From an uncultured Desulfobacter sp. (GTDB lineage Bacteria > Desulfobacterota > Desulfobacteria > Desulfobacterales > Desulfobacteraceae), in contig OY762069.1 of assembly GCA_963665095.1 (NCBI GenBank), positions 4,480,001 through 4,544,000 of the forward strand: DNA of 64,000 bases, read 5' to 3'. Positions 9,707-18,902 of the stretch are shown here, piece by piece. Position numbers and translations under genes: made by a program. The notes beneath the pieces are model-generated. The model was not told the DNA's origin and did no database searches. It saw nothing but the letters and a program-made list of their open reading frames with translations. Position 1 is the stretch's first letter, and every line of letters starts with the position of its first letter.

Positions 9707-10252
9707 TCAGTACTTTTGGGGTTGAAAGGCATTGGGATCATTTAAATGAATCCGCATATAGGCTGCGTAAAGCCTTGACAGGCACTGCAGAAGAAAAAGC
9801 AGAAAACCAAAAGGGATAACGATCATGACCGGCCAAAGCAAGGTTTCATGTTCTGTGGCAGACCGCCACTCTCTCAAATAATAAAGGAGGGTTGTTTTGC
9901 CCCCGAAGTAGATAATAATCACAATACAGATAATCATCGCGATATACCCTGCAGTGGTAATGAAAAACTGAACCTTGGGAGAAAATTTATTGTTCAGCAG
10001 TTCGGCAGAAACATGGGATTCCAGGTAGGTTGCAAAGGCCAGAGCCAGGATGCAGTGGTAGATATAAATGTACGCAGCAAATTCATCACTCCAGGATATG
10101 GGACTGTGGAAAAAATATCTGAAAATAACTGCAATAAAAACCAGCACACAGAGGACAAGGCCCAACAGCCCGGAGATGATGCCAAAAAAGACAGTCACCT
10201 TGTCTATGACCCTGATTCCCTGTTCAATGATGTTCCTTGTCCTCGTTGTCAT
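9707..10252 (-). CDS. dctQ: TRAP transporter small permease
   Basis: 4 TM helices; VIFRYFFHSPISWSDEF, HVSAELL. Confidence 0.9.
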   Translation of the reverse strand: MTTRTRNIIEQGIRVIDKVTVFFGIISGLLGLVLCVLVFIAVIFRYFFHSPISWSDEFAAYIYIYHCILALAFATYLESHVSAELLNNKFSPKVQFFITTAGYIAMIICIVIIIYFGGKTTLLYYLREWRSATEHETLLWPVMIVIPFGFLLFLLQCLSRLYAAYMRIHLNDPNAFQPQKY

Positions 10253-10273
10253 GGTTTCCTCTCATTTAGTATT

Positions 10274-10436
10274 TAGTGTTTGGACGAAAAGTCACCCACC
10301 TGCGGCGTTGCTGCACAAAGCTGCCAAATCATATAATCGGGCCTCACCTACTGAAGTACGCTCCGGTTGCAGCTTTGCTTGCGCCTTGCATTTGGGCAAC
10401 TTTGCGTCCAAACACGGGGTTTTCGTTCAGGCACTA
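10274..10436. repeat. ERIC-like intergenic hairpin repeat/MITE, copy 1
   Basis: Terminal IR TAGTGTTTGGACGAAAA / TTTTCGTTCAGGCACTA; internal GCGGCGTTGC...GCGCCTTGCA core; near-identical inverted copy at 26540-26694. Confidence 0.85.
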
Positions 10437-10486
10437 TTTAAGTTGCAGATTACCAGCTCAATATCCTGCAATTCATCCTGCATCTG

Positions 10487-11272
10487 TCAGGTCCCGACGA
10501 ATACCGGGGGTCTTCTTTCCTTAAAAGCCGCTTTGGCTTCTTCATGGTCATGGCTGTTAAGTGCTTCCAGACTCAGTGCATTGAACTTTTGGATATCTTC
10601 ATCTGACGGCTCCGGGTCTCTGGCCAGCCGGTTCAGAATAAATTTAGCGCCCCGCAGCGACAGGGGGGCACAGCGGGCAACCTCTCCTGCCATCTGATAT
10701 GTATAGGACTCCACCTTATCCGGTTCGATCAGGTGGTTGACCATTCCCATGTTTAGGCAATCTGTGCTGTCGTAGGTGCGGGCGGTGAGAAAAATTTCCA
10801 GGGCGGTGTTGAATCCCAGGACCGTCATGAAGCGCTTGAAACCCTGATGGTGTGACACCAGCCCCATTCGGGAGGTGGGAATTCCCATTTTAACGGTGGT
10901 TGAGGCAATCCGGATGTCGCAGGCCAGGGCCAGGGCCAGACCTGCTCCCAATGTATACCCGTGCAGCATGGCTATCACTGGAAAGGGATATTGAACGATT
11001 GCCCGGGAGACCTCTCCCGGATCTGAATACCGGCTCTGGGAAAGATCATGGGAACGCTTGGGCATGGCAATGATATCTGCGCCGGATGAAAAGGCCTTCT
11101 CACCACTGCCCCTTAGAATGACAACCCGGATCTGGCGGTCCGTGGCCAGTTCCTTAAATGTCTGTGTCAAGGCTGACAGGCAGGCCGGTTTCAGTGCATT
11201 CCGCTTGGAGGGGTTGTTGATCGTCAATGTACAGATCTCCCCGTCTTTCTGAACTATCAACTCTTCGTGCAT
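10487..11272 (-). CDS. Enoyl-CoA hydratase/isomerase (crotonase) family protein
   Basis: LTINNPSKRNAL, AFSSGADI, PVIAMLHGYTLGAGLALALACDIRIA, AFKERRPP. Confidence 0.92.
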   Translation of the reverse strand: MHEELIVQKDGEICTLTINNPSKRNALKPACLSALTQTFKELATDRQIRVVILRGSGEKAFSSGADIIAMPKRSHDLSQSRYSDPGEVSRAIVQYPFPVIAMLHGYTLGAGLALALACDIRIASTTVKMGIPTSRMGLVSHHQGFKRFMTVLGFNTALEIFLTARTYDSTDCLNMGMVNHLIEPDKVESYTYQMAGEVARCAPLSLRGAKFILNRLARDPEPSDEDIQKFNALSLEALNSHDHEEAKAAFKERRPPVFVGT

Positions 11273-11319
11273 ATTCATTCCTAAATATCCATGTTGAAAA
11301 CAAATTTTATCTGGCAGCA

Positions 11320-11385
11320 TATAAATATTGTATTTATAAAGTTATAAGTTTATATTCTTATAATTAAAAGCAGATGACGCGTCAA
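11320..11385 (-). promoter_or_regulatory. Putative sigma70 promoter and palindromic operator sites of the crotonase-TRAP operon
   Basis: TTGACG (11385-11380), 17 nt, TATAAG (11362-11357); IRs TATAAATA-ttg-TATTTATA (11320-11338) and TTATAAG-N8-CTTATAA (11342-11363). Confidence 0.45.
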
Positions 11386-11532
11386 GCGATATTTCAGTTA
11401 TTTTTTAAACCCTGTCAGACCATATCCGGCAATGAAACCAGGTAAAGGGCAGACTGGGAAACCTCGTATGGATACCATTTAACTCAGGAAGCTGGACGTG
11501 GTTCCAGTGTTACTGGAAAGGCAAATTAAGCA

Positions 11533-13263
11533 TTGGAACACTTGATTTTCTTTGACCCGGCCGGAAGAACCCAGATTACCCATTCACATGCCCCCCGGCT
11601 TGATACGCTTCAGAACAAATGTATCGGGCTTTTGAGTAATGACCAGTGGCAGGCATACCGCGTCATGCCTTTTATTAAGGAATGCCTGGAAACACAGTTT
11701 CCGGGTTGCCGGATTATGCCAGTGGATACCTTCCCCCAGGGGGTCGCACAGATTGCCGATCCAGGGATGGTTGGGAAAGTGACCGCAGCCGGTGTGGATG
11801 CTGTCATCATCGGGAACGCGTCCTGAGGGTCCTGTGCCACTGCGTGCGGCCGTGCTGCCGCCAGAATGGAAGGTGCGGGGATACCTACGGTTACACTGGC
11901 CCGAAAGGACTTTATCGGTGTGTTCAAGAACGCCCTGTCAGGAACCGGCCTGGCTCCGGAGGCAGCTGTCGTGGAATTTCCTATGAATTTGTTCCTGGCA
12001 GACAGCGATCTTTTGCCCATCCGCAACCGCGTCCATGAATTCCATGACGGACTGACCCGATGGGCGCATGAGGGTACCGCCTCCAACGCGGCCGGCAATC
12101 CAAAGATTACCGTGAGCGGGGCGACCTATGAAGATGCCTTCAATAAAGCCAATCAATTGTTTATTTCCAATCTGTGGGGGGACGGGCTTCCCCTGTTCCC
12201 GCCAACCATGGAACGGGTCGACTGGATCTTGCAGGGCACACCTTTAGACAGAGATCAGAAGATCGGTATCTTTCCTCCCAGGGGCGGGGTTGTCACCGTG
12301 GAATCCTGCGCCATTGCCCTGGCAATGGCAGGGGGGCGTCCGGAGTACCTGCCTGTACTGATTGCCGCCGTGGATGCGTTTCTGGATCCATCGTCCGGGG
12401 CGGCGCATCTTCAGGCCGCCTCCGGAAGCGCGTTCCCGGTTGTGATTGTGAGCGGGCCGGTAACCAGACAGATCCGCCTCAGTTCCACATTCGGCTGCCT
12501 GGGACCGGATCCCCAGAGGCCGGCCGGAGCCAGCATAGGCAGGGCACTGCACCTGATGCAGCAGAATCTGGGTGGCGCGCTGCCTGGAACCGGGTCCATG
12601 GCCAATTTTGGGGCCATGCGGTTCACCAACGTGGTGGTGGCCGAAGATGACCAGGATCTGCCTGACGGGTGGCTGTGCCATGCCGCGGACAGACACGGAT
12701 ATACTCCGGGAACCAACGCGGCATCACTGGTCTTTGTGAACGGGGTGACCAATATCCGGCGGCGCGGCGCCAAAATGGAGACACCGCAGGAGGATGCACT
12801 GCAGGGAATGCACCGTATGGCCGACTTCATGAGAACACCCAATGTGGCCAGTCTGGTGGGCTATGAAAGAGGGACACCCGGCATTTTAATGATACCCCGG
12901 GTGGTGGCCCATCTGATGAGCAAAACGGGCTGGAGCAAATCCGCCATGAAAGCGTTCTTCTGGGAACACTCAAAAATTCCCATGGCCCATTTGAAACGCT
13001 CGGGCGCCTTTTCATGGCTGGAAGTGGACCGGGATCCCGTGACACTGGCAAGCCGGGATCTTGATCCCTGGCCCATCTCTTCAAAACCGGACAATTTTAT
13101 CATTGTCTGTGCTGGCGGGGCCCACCCCACCAACAGCCTGTGGCTTCAGGGATACAGCCCCAATGTCCTTGGACGAAGGCTTGATCTGCCCCGGGATTTC
13201 AGCCGGCTGATCCTTGAATCCAACAGGGATCTGGGATGCGGGTCGGATGCCTGTATGATTTAA
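11533..13263 (+). CDS. Probable UGSC-family selenoprotein (Sec at TGA 11824-11826) fused to a large conserved domain; 576 aa
   Basis: ORFs 11533-11826 and 11866-13263 are in one frame, joined by TGA plus 13 sense codons: GVDAVIIGNAS-U-GSCATACGRAAARMEGAGIPTV; downstream WGDGLPLFPPT and AMAGGRPEYLPVL motifs; C-terminal CGSDAC. Confidence 0.8.
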
Positions 13264-13292
13264 TTCCATTTCAACCGGAAACCGTATGGGCA

Positions 13293-16200
13293 CTACTCTT
13301 TTTTAACCCGGTACCATGCCGCCACCATACAGGGCAGCACAAAAAGGGTCAGAACGGTGGCGCCCAGAAGTCCGCCACCAATGCTCACGGCCATGGGGCC
13401 CCAGAACTTATCTGCAGCCAGGGGAACCATGCCCAGGATGGCTGCTGCAGCCGTCAGCATTATAGGCCGGAACCGGAACACAGTGGCTTTGACAATGGCG
13501 TGGTACCGGCTCTCTCCTGCCGCCACCTGGCGATCAATCTGATCCATGAGAATGACCGAGTTACGGATGATGATGCCGGACAGGGCCAGTATCCCCAGCT
13601 GGGCCAGAAACCCCATGGGCATGTTAAACACCAGAAGCGAGGCTATGACCCCCATCAGCCCCAAAGGTGCGGTCAGCAGTGTCAGGATCATGTTGGGCAC
13701 ATTTTCAAGCTGGATCATCAGAAGAATGACAATGAGCATGGACATGGCAGGGACCAGTTTCAGGATATGGGCAGTGGCGCTTTCGCTTTGTTCGGCAAGG
13801 CCACCGACTTCTATGGTGTACCCCCCAGGCAGACTATCCCGGACACTTTTCAGGGCATCGTAGACTTTCAGGGTGGCATCGTTGCCGGTCACGTCTTCGA
13901 CCGTTTCCGCCTGAACTGTGATGGTGGGCAGAAGGTTGCGCCGCCAGATCTCTCCTTCTTCCATGCCAACGCTGATGTCGGCAATCTGTTCCAGGGGAAT
14001 GGTTTGCCCTTTTCCCACATGGATTGGCAGAGTGCGGATATCGGCCAGGGACCTCCGGTCGCCGGGGTTCAGGCGCAGCACAATATCAACGGTTTTATCC
14101 TTTTCCCTGAACTGGCTCACGGGAATGCCGGAAATCTGGGACTGAAGGGTCAACGCCAGGTCAGAGCTGGCAATGCCCAGTATTCGTGCCTTATCCTGGT
14201 CCACTTTAAGCTGGATCTTCTTTGTTTTTTCATACCAGCTGAAGTTCACCTGCCGCAAGTCCGGGTCTGCCACCATGACATCCTTGACCTTGCCGGCAAT
14301 TTCCCGCACCGTGCCGTAGTCCGCCCCTGATACCCGCAGCATCACGGAATAGGGTTCCGGCGGTCCGAGCTGCAGGGTCTGCAGATGGCCCCGGACATTG
14401 GGAAAAGAGGTGTCCAGAAGATTTTTTATATCTTTTTCCAGCGCTTTTCTTTGGTTCAGCCCCTTGGCAACAATGATAAACTGGGCAAAGTTGGACTGGG
14501 GCGTGACCGGGTCAAAAGCCAGAACAAACCGGGGCGCGCCTGAGCCCACATAACAGGCAAAGTGGTCAATATGGGGATTGTCGGCAATGGCCTTGGCAAA
14601 GGCCCTGGCCTGCTGGTCGCAGGCCTTTATGGAGGCCCCTTCAGGCAGGGTCAGATCCACCAGCAGTTCCGGCCTTACGGATCCGGGAAAAAATTCTTTT
14701 TTAACGTATTTAAACCCATGCACAGCCGTGCCGAACATGATCAAAGTAAAAAGCAGCACCACATACCGGAACCGCAGACAGGTCTCCAGAATTCGCCTGA
14801 ACACCCGGTAAAAGGATTTATCGTAAATATCCCTTTCCTGTTCATCCGCGCCTGTGGGCCTGGCCTTGATCAGATAGGTGCCGAACAGCGGCGTCACCAT
14901 CACCGATACAACCCAGGAGATCAGCAGAGACAGGGTGATTACAGGAAAAATGGTCCGGCAGAACTCCGAGGAATCCCCCTTGGAAAATCCAATGGGGATA
15001 AAGCCTGCGCAGGTGATCAGGGTGCCGGTGAGCATGGGAAAGGCCGTGACAGTATAGGCAAAGGCCGCCGCCTTTGTCTTTTCCCAGCCCTGCTCCAGTT
15101 TTACAGACATCATCTCCACAGAGATCATGGCATCGTCCACCAGCAGACCCAAGGAGATGATCAAAGCGCCCAGAGAAACCCGGTGGAGATTGATACCGGA
15201 TATTTTCATGGACAAAAAGGTGGCGGCCACCACCAGAGGAATACAGAACGCCACCACCATACCGGATCGAAGGCCAAGACTTAGAAAGCTGACCACCAGA
15301 ATGATGGCAATGGCCTCGGCCAGGGTTTTGACAAATTCATCAATGGACTCTGTGACCACCCCGGGCTGGTTGGCCACCTGGTGGATATCCAGCCCCAGGG
15401 GCATGTTTTGTTTCATCCGGCTGAAGGCGGCATCCAGGGCTTTGCCCATCTCAATAATGTTATCTCCCTTTTCCATGGAGACAGCAATACCAATGGCAGG
15501 CTGCCCGTTATAGTACATCATGGGCTCGGGCGGATCGGCATAGGCCCTGTTAATGTCGGCGATATCCCCTAACCGGAAGGTACGGTCCAGCACCCGGATG
15601 GGCAGATTGCGCAGGGCACTGATATCATCAAACAGGCCTGTGACCCGGAGAAAAACATTATCCGTAGTTGTTTCCAGCATGCCTGAAGGCGTCACCGTGT
15701 TCTGCTTTTTTATGATGGCGGCTACCAGCAGGGGGTCAATGCCCATTTTGGACAGTTTTCTGCTGTCCATTTCAATGTAAATTTTTTCCGGCTGGACGCC
15801 TATGAGGTTAATTTTTTTAACACTGGGAATTCTCAACAGTTCCTGGCGGATATCTTCGGCCTTTACCCGCATCTGCTCAGGCGTAAAGCCATCTGATGTC
15901 AGGGCATAAATATTGCCGTACACATCATCAAACCTGTCATTGAAATAAGGTCCCACAATACCCTGGGGCAGTTCATTCACAATGCCGGCCACCATGTTGC
16001 GCACCTCAAGCCAGGTGGGCCGGATATCGCCGGGATCCACGGTGTCCTTAAGGGTAACAAAAATGACTGCTTTCTGGGGCCGGGAATAGCTTTCAAGGCT
16101 GTCCAGTCCCGGGGTGTCCTGGAGTTCTTTTTCAATTTTATCGGTGACCTGCTGTTCCATTTCTGCGGCAGATGCACCAGGCCACCCGACAGCCACGATC

Positions 16201-16343
16201 ATCTGGCGAATGGTAAAATCAGGATCTTCCATCCGGCCCATACCCTGGTAGGAATAGGCGCCTGCCACGGCAATCATGAAGATGCAGAACCAGATGAGCT
16301 GCCGGTGGTTCAGGGACCACTCTGTGAGATTGACGTGTTTCAT
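13293..16343 (-). CDS. RND efflux permease (AcrB/AcrD/AcrF family)
   Basis: GRMEDPDF, WPGASA, GLLVDDAM, GIIIRNS, RFRPIMLT; 1016 aa. Confidence 0.95.
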   Translation of the reverse strand: MKHVNLTEWSLNHRQLIWFCIFMIAVAGAYSYQGMGRMEDPDFTIRQMIVAVGWPGASAAEMEQQVTDKIEKELQDTPGLDSLESYSRPQKAVIFVTLKDTVDPGDIRPTWLEVRNMVAGIVNELPQGIVGPYFNDRFDDVYGNIYALTSDGFTPEQMRVKAEDIRQELLRIPSVKKINLIGVQPEKIYIEMDSRKLSKMGIDPLLVAAIIKKQNTVTPSGMLETTTDNVFLRVTGLFDDISALRNLPIRVLDRTFRLGDIADINRAYADPPEPMMYYNGQPAIGIAVSMEKGDNIIEMGKALDAAFSRMKQNMPLGLDIHQVANQPGVVTESIDEFVKTLAEAIAIILVVSFLSLGLRSGMVVAFCIPLVVAATFLSMKISGINLHRVSLGALIISLGLLVDDAMISVEMMSVKLEQGWEKTKAAAFAYTVTAFPMLTGTLITCAGFIPIGFSKGDSSEFCRTIFPVITLSLLISWVVSVMVTPLFGTYLIKARPTGADEQERDIYDKSFYRVFRRILETCLRFRYVVLLFTLIMFGTAVHGFKYVKKEFFPGSVRPELLVDLTLPEGASIKACDQQARAFAKAIADNPHIDHFACYVGSGAPRFVLAFDPVTPQSNFAQFIIVAKGLNQRKALEKDIKNLLDTSFPNVRGHLQTLQLGPPEPYSVMLRVSGADYGTVREIAGKVKDVMVADPDLRQVNFSWYEKTKKIQLKVDQDKARILGIASSDLALTLQSQISGIPVSQFREKDKTVDIVLRLNPGDRRSLADIRTLPIHVGKGQTIPLEQIADISVGMEEGEIWRRNLLPTITVQAETVEDVTGNDATLKVYDALKSVRDSLPGGYTIEVGGLAEQSESATAHILKLVPAMSMLIVILLMIQLENVPNMILTLLTAPLGLMGVIASLLVFNMPMGFLAQLGILALSGIIIRNSVILMDQIDRQVAAGESRYHAIVKATVFRFRPIMLTAAAAILGMVPLAADKFWGPMAVSIGGGLLGATVLTLFVLPCMVAAWYRVKKE

Positions 16344-17491
16344 TGGGCAACCTCGCTGGTTCTGACCTTCTGGCCTTCCAGAAGTTTATGAACGCCGGCT
16401 ACGGCAATCTCATCGCCGGCGGAAAGGCCTTCAACCACCTGGATGGTCTCTCCATGCCCGGCCTGTCCCAGACGGATTTTGCAAAGGGTTGCCCTGTTGT
16501 CCTGAATGACCCAGACCATGGGATCATCCCCGGTCTGATACACGGCGGAAAGCGGGATAAAGATCTGCTGGCCCGCCTCTTTATGCATTGTGCTGACAGC
16601 AGATGCAGTCATGCCCAGCCGCACGGTATCCGGGGGATCAGTCAACGTAATCCGTGTCTTGTAAGTCCGGGTGACAGGATCGGCCACCGGGGAGATATAT
16701 CGGACCTCGCCCTGAACTTCCACGCCGTCAAGCGCCCAGAAAGTGACATGAAACCGGGTGCCGGGGCTGAATTCACCCACCTGGTTCTCCGGCACAAAAA
16801 TTTCCACTTCCCGCTCAGCACCTGTGGCCATAATGACCACGGGTTGCCCGGCCGCCACCACCTGACCGGTTTCAGCCCGGACATCCAGGACCACGCCGGT
16901 ATCGTCGGCTGTCAAATCGCAATATGCCAGCTGGTTTGAGGTCCGGGTCAGCTGGGCCCGGGCCTGCTTTAAGACGGCTGCTGAGGAATCATAGGCGTTC
17001 TGGTACCGGTCGATCTCCGCTTTGCTCATATAATCCTGCTTATAAAGGGTTTTAAACCGTTTCAGCAGGTCTGCGGCCAGTTTATACTGGCTTTGGGCAG
17101 CTTCCACCTGGGCTTTGGCTGCTGTCACAGCCTCTTTAATATCCTTGGGGTCCACCTGCATGAGTATCTCCCCTTTTTTCACCATGGTGCCTGCCTCCAC
17201 ACGTCTGGCAACCACCTTGCCCGGAACCCGGAACCCAAGGGCTGTTTCATAACGGCCCCTGACCTCCCCGGAGAAGAGATGGATTTGACGGTCACCGGCC
17301 GGAGAAATGGTCATGCTGCTGACAAGAGGAGGTGTTTCCGGATCCGCCTTTTTGCTGTCATGATCCAATGGATTTTTACATCCGGCCACTGCAAAGAGGG
17401 CGGCAAGACAGATAGCAGCAGCTATCTTAAAACGCGTTTTGCCGGGTTGGCTGGTGCGGCTCATCTGATTTGTCTGATCCATCTGATCCAT
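16340..17491 (-). CDS. RND efflux periplasmic adaptor (MFP), lipoprotein
   Basis: Lipobox VAGC; LGFRVPGKV, GQVVAAGQPV, ADPVTRTY, GLSAGDEIAVAG. Confidence 0.93.
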   Translation of the reverse strand: MDQMDQTNQMSRTSQPGKTRFKIAAAICLAALFAVAGCKNPLDHDSKKADPETPPLVSSMTISPAGDRQIHLFSGEVRGRYETALGFRVPGKVVARRVEAGTMVKKGEILMQVDPKDIKEAVTAAKAQVEAAQSQYKLAADLLKRFKTLYKQDYMSKAEIDRYQNAYDSSAAVLKQARAQLTRTSNQLAYCDLTADDTGVVLDVRAETGQVVAAGQPVVIMATGAEREVEIFVPENQVGEFSPGTRFHVTFWALDGVEVQGEVRYISPVADPVTRTYKTRITLTDPPDTVRLGMTASAVSTMHKEAGQQIFIPLSAVYQTGDDPMVWVIQDNRATLCKIRLGQAGHGETIQVVEGLSAGDEIAVAGVHKLLEGQKVRTSEVAQ

Positions 17492-17497
17492 TTGGGG

Positions 17498-18856
17498 CTA
17501 CTCCTTTCCCATGGCGCGTTCCAGTTCGGAGATCGCAATGTTGTACATGCTTACAGCATGTATATGATTGGTTTTTGCCCGGGTCAGGGCCACTTCTGCA
17601 TCCAGGCGTTCAAGGGAGGTGCTCAGACCCACCTTGTAGCGGGTCCGTGCCGCATCCAGGGTTTCCTGGGCTGTGTCCAGGGATTTCTCCGCCACCGCAA
17701 TGGATTCCCGGGCGGCCTGGGCATTGTGAAACGCCTTTTCCACCTGAAGACGAATGCCCCGGACCAGCTGCTTTTCCGCGGTCTGTGCCTTTTCAAGCTG
17801 GCGTAGGGCCTGGGCCCGTTTATGGTGGGTCCGGCCACCGTCAAAAAGATCCACGCTGGCCACAATACCGATCTGGGCAGAGGGATCCTCATTTTCAGGT
17901 TCATAATGGTGGGCTTCCCCCACCAGGGCCAGGGTGGGCAGATAATCACTTTCAGCAATGGCAATCTGCTCTTTTGCCATTCGAATTTGAGCCTTCACAG
18001 CCCCTATTTCCGGACGGTTTTTCAAAGCAGCCTGAATAGAGGCGTCAAGATCCTGTGTCAAAGACAGAAGGCCGGGTGTTTCATCAAAAGTGAACCGGGT
18101 ATCCATATCCACGCCTAAAACATAGTTCAGCGAGGTCTGTGCCAGATCCACGTTGTTGTGGGCATAAAGCTGCTGCTGCCTGAGATCGGCCAGTTTCTCT
18201 TCGGCCCTGAGCAGGTCTATCCGGGGAACGATTTTCTGGTCATGGTAGGCCCGGGCCTCTTTGGCATGTTCGGTCATACTTTGGACCGCCTCATCCATGG
18301 TTCCGGCCATCTGCCTTGCAAGGATCACGGTATAAAAGGCTTTTCTGGCATCCAGGGCCAGATCGTTGTCTGATGTATTCAAATCTTTCCGGGACCTTTC
18401 CAGATTGGCCTGGGCCAGGCGCCGTGTGGCGGTCAGTTTATTGCCCGTATATAAAGGCTGGGTCAGTTTTACCAGGCCGCCGTAATAGGTCCGGCTGTCA
18501 CTGGGCAGATCCTGTTCCGGCACCTGTCCGCCTGTCATGGAAGATAAAAGGTTGTTCAGCTTCACAAGCCCCTGGTTTGTCTGCACCATGCTTGGCTGGT
18601 CATTATACCGGTAGACACCGCCCTGAAGGGTCAGGGTGGGCCAGAATTCAGCCTTGGCCCGGGACAGGCCTTCATCGGCGATATCCACATCCTTGGCAGC
18701 CATGCGCCGCTGCAGACTGTTTTCAAGGGCGATCTGAACCGCTTTTGCTACGGTCAGCGGCTGGTCAGCCCTGGAAATCCCTGCTGACACGGCCAGAGTC
18801 AGACCGATGGAAATAATAGGAAAAACAACCCAGGTCATTATCTTGGTTTTTTTCAT
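17498..18856 (-). CDS. TolC family outer membrane efflux protein
   Basis: Two OEP repeats (LTQPLYTG, DLFDGG, RYKVG..T.LE.LDA); start set at ATG 18856 (AAGAGG RBS). Confidence 0.92.
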   Translation of the reverse strand: MKKTKIMTWVVFPIISIGLTLAVSAGISRADQPLTVAKAVQIALENSLQRRMAAKDVDIADEGLSRAKAEFWPTLTLQGGVYRYNDQPSMVQTNQGLVKLNNLLSSMTGGQVPEQDLPSDSRTYYGGLVKLTQPLYTGNKLTATRRLAQANLERSRKDLNTSDNDLALDARKAFYTVILARQMAGTMDEAVQSMTEHAKEARAYHDQKIVPRIDLLRAEEKLADLRQQQLYAHNNVDLAQTSLNYVLGVDMDTRFTFDETPGLLSLTQDLDASIQAALKNRPEIGAVKAQIRMAKEQIAIAESDYLPTLALVGEAHHYEPENEDPSAQIGIVASVDLFDGGRTHHKRAQALRQLEKAQTAEKQLVRGIRLQVEKAFHNAQAARESIAVAEKSLDTAQETLDAARTRYKVGLSTSLERLDAEVALTRAKTNHIHAVSMYNIAISELERAMGKE

Positions 18857-18902
18857 GGGAAACCTCTTATGGGTCAACAATGCGAATCCTCTTTTATCCA
18901 TT

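Noticed and set aside
10276..10524. Similar small ORFs over the repeats (also 26443-26688)
   Set aside because: Similarity comes from the non-coding hairpin repeat; no RBS or protein features.
11866..13263. Independent 465-aa gene starting at 11866
   Set aside because: Better explained as the continuation after the Sec codon; the start falls mid-domain and has no clear RBS.
13236..14330. Long antisense ORFs (also 25203-26198, 41477-42565, 51361-52092)
   Set aside because: Opposite well-supported genes; typical codon-bias shadows.
17462..17491. 9-nt tandem repeat ATGGATCAG giving MDQMDQTNQM
   Set aside because: In-frame, short and in a variable N-terminus; no phase-variation effect expected.
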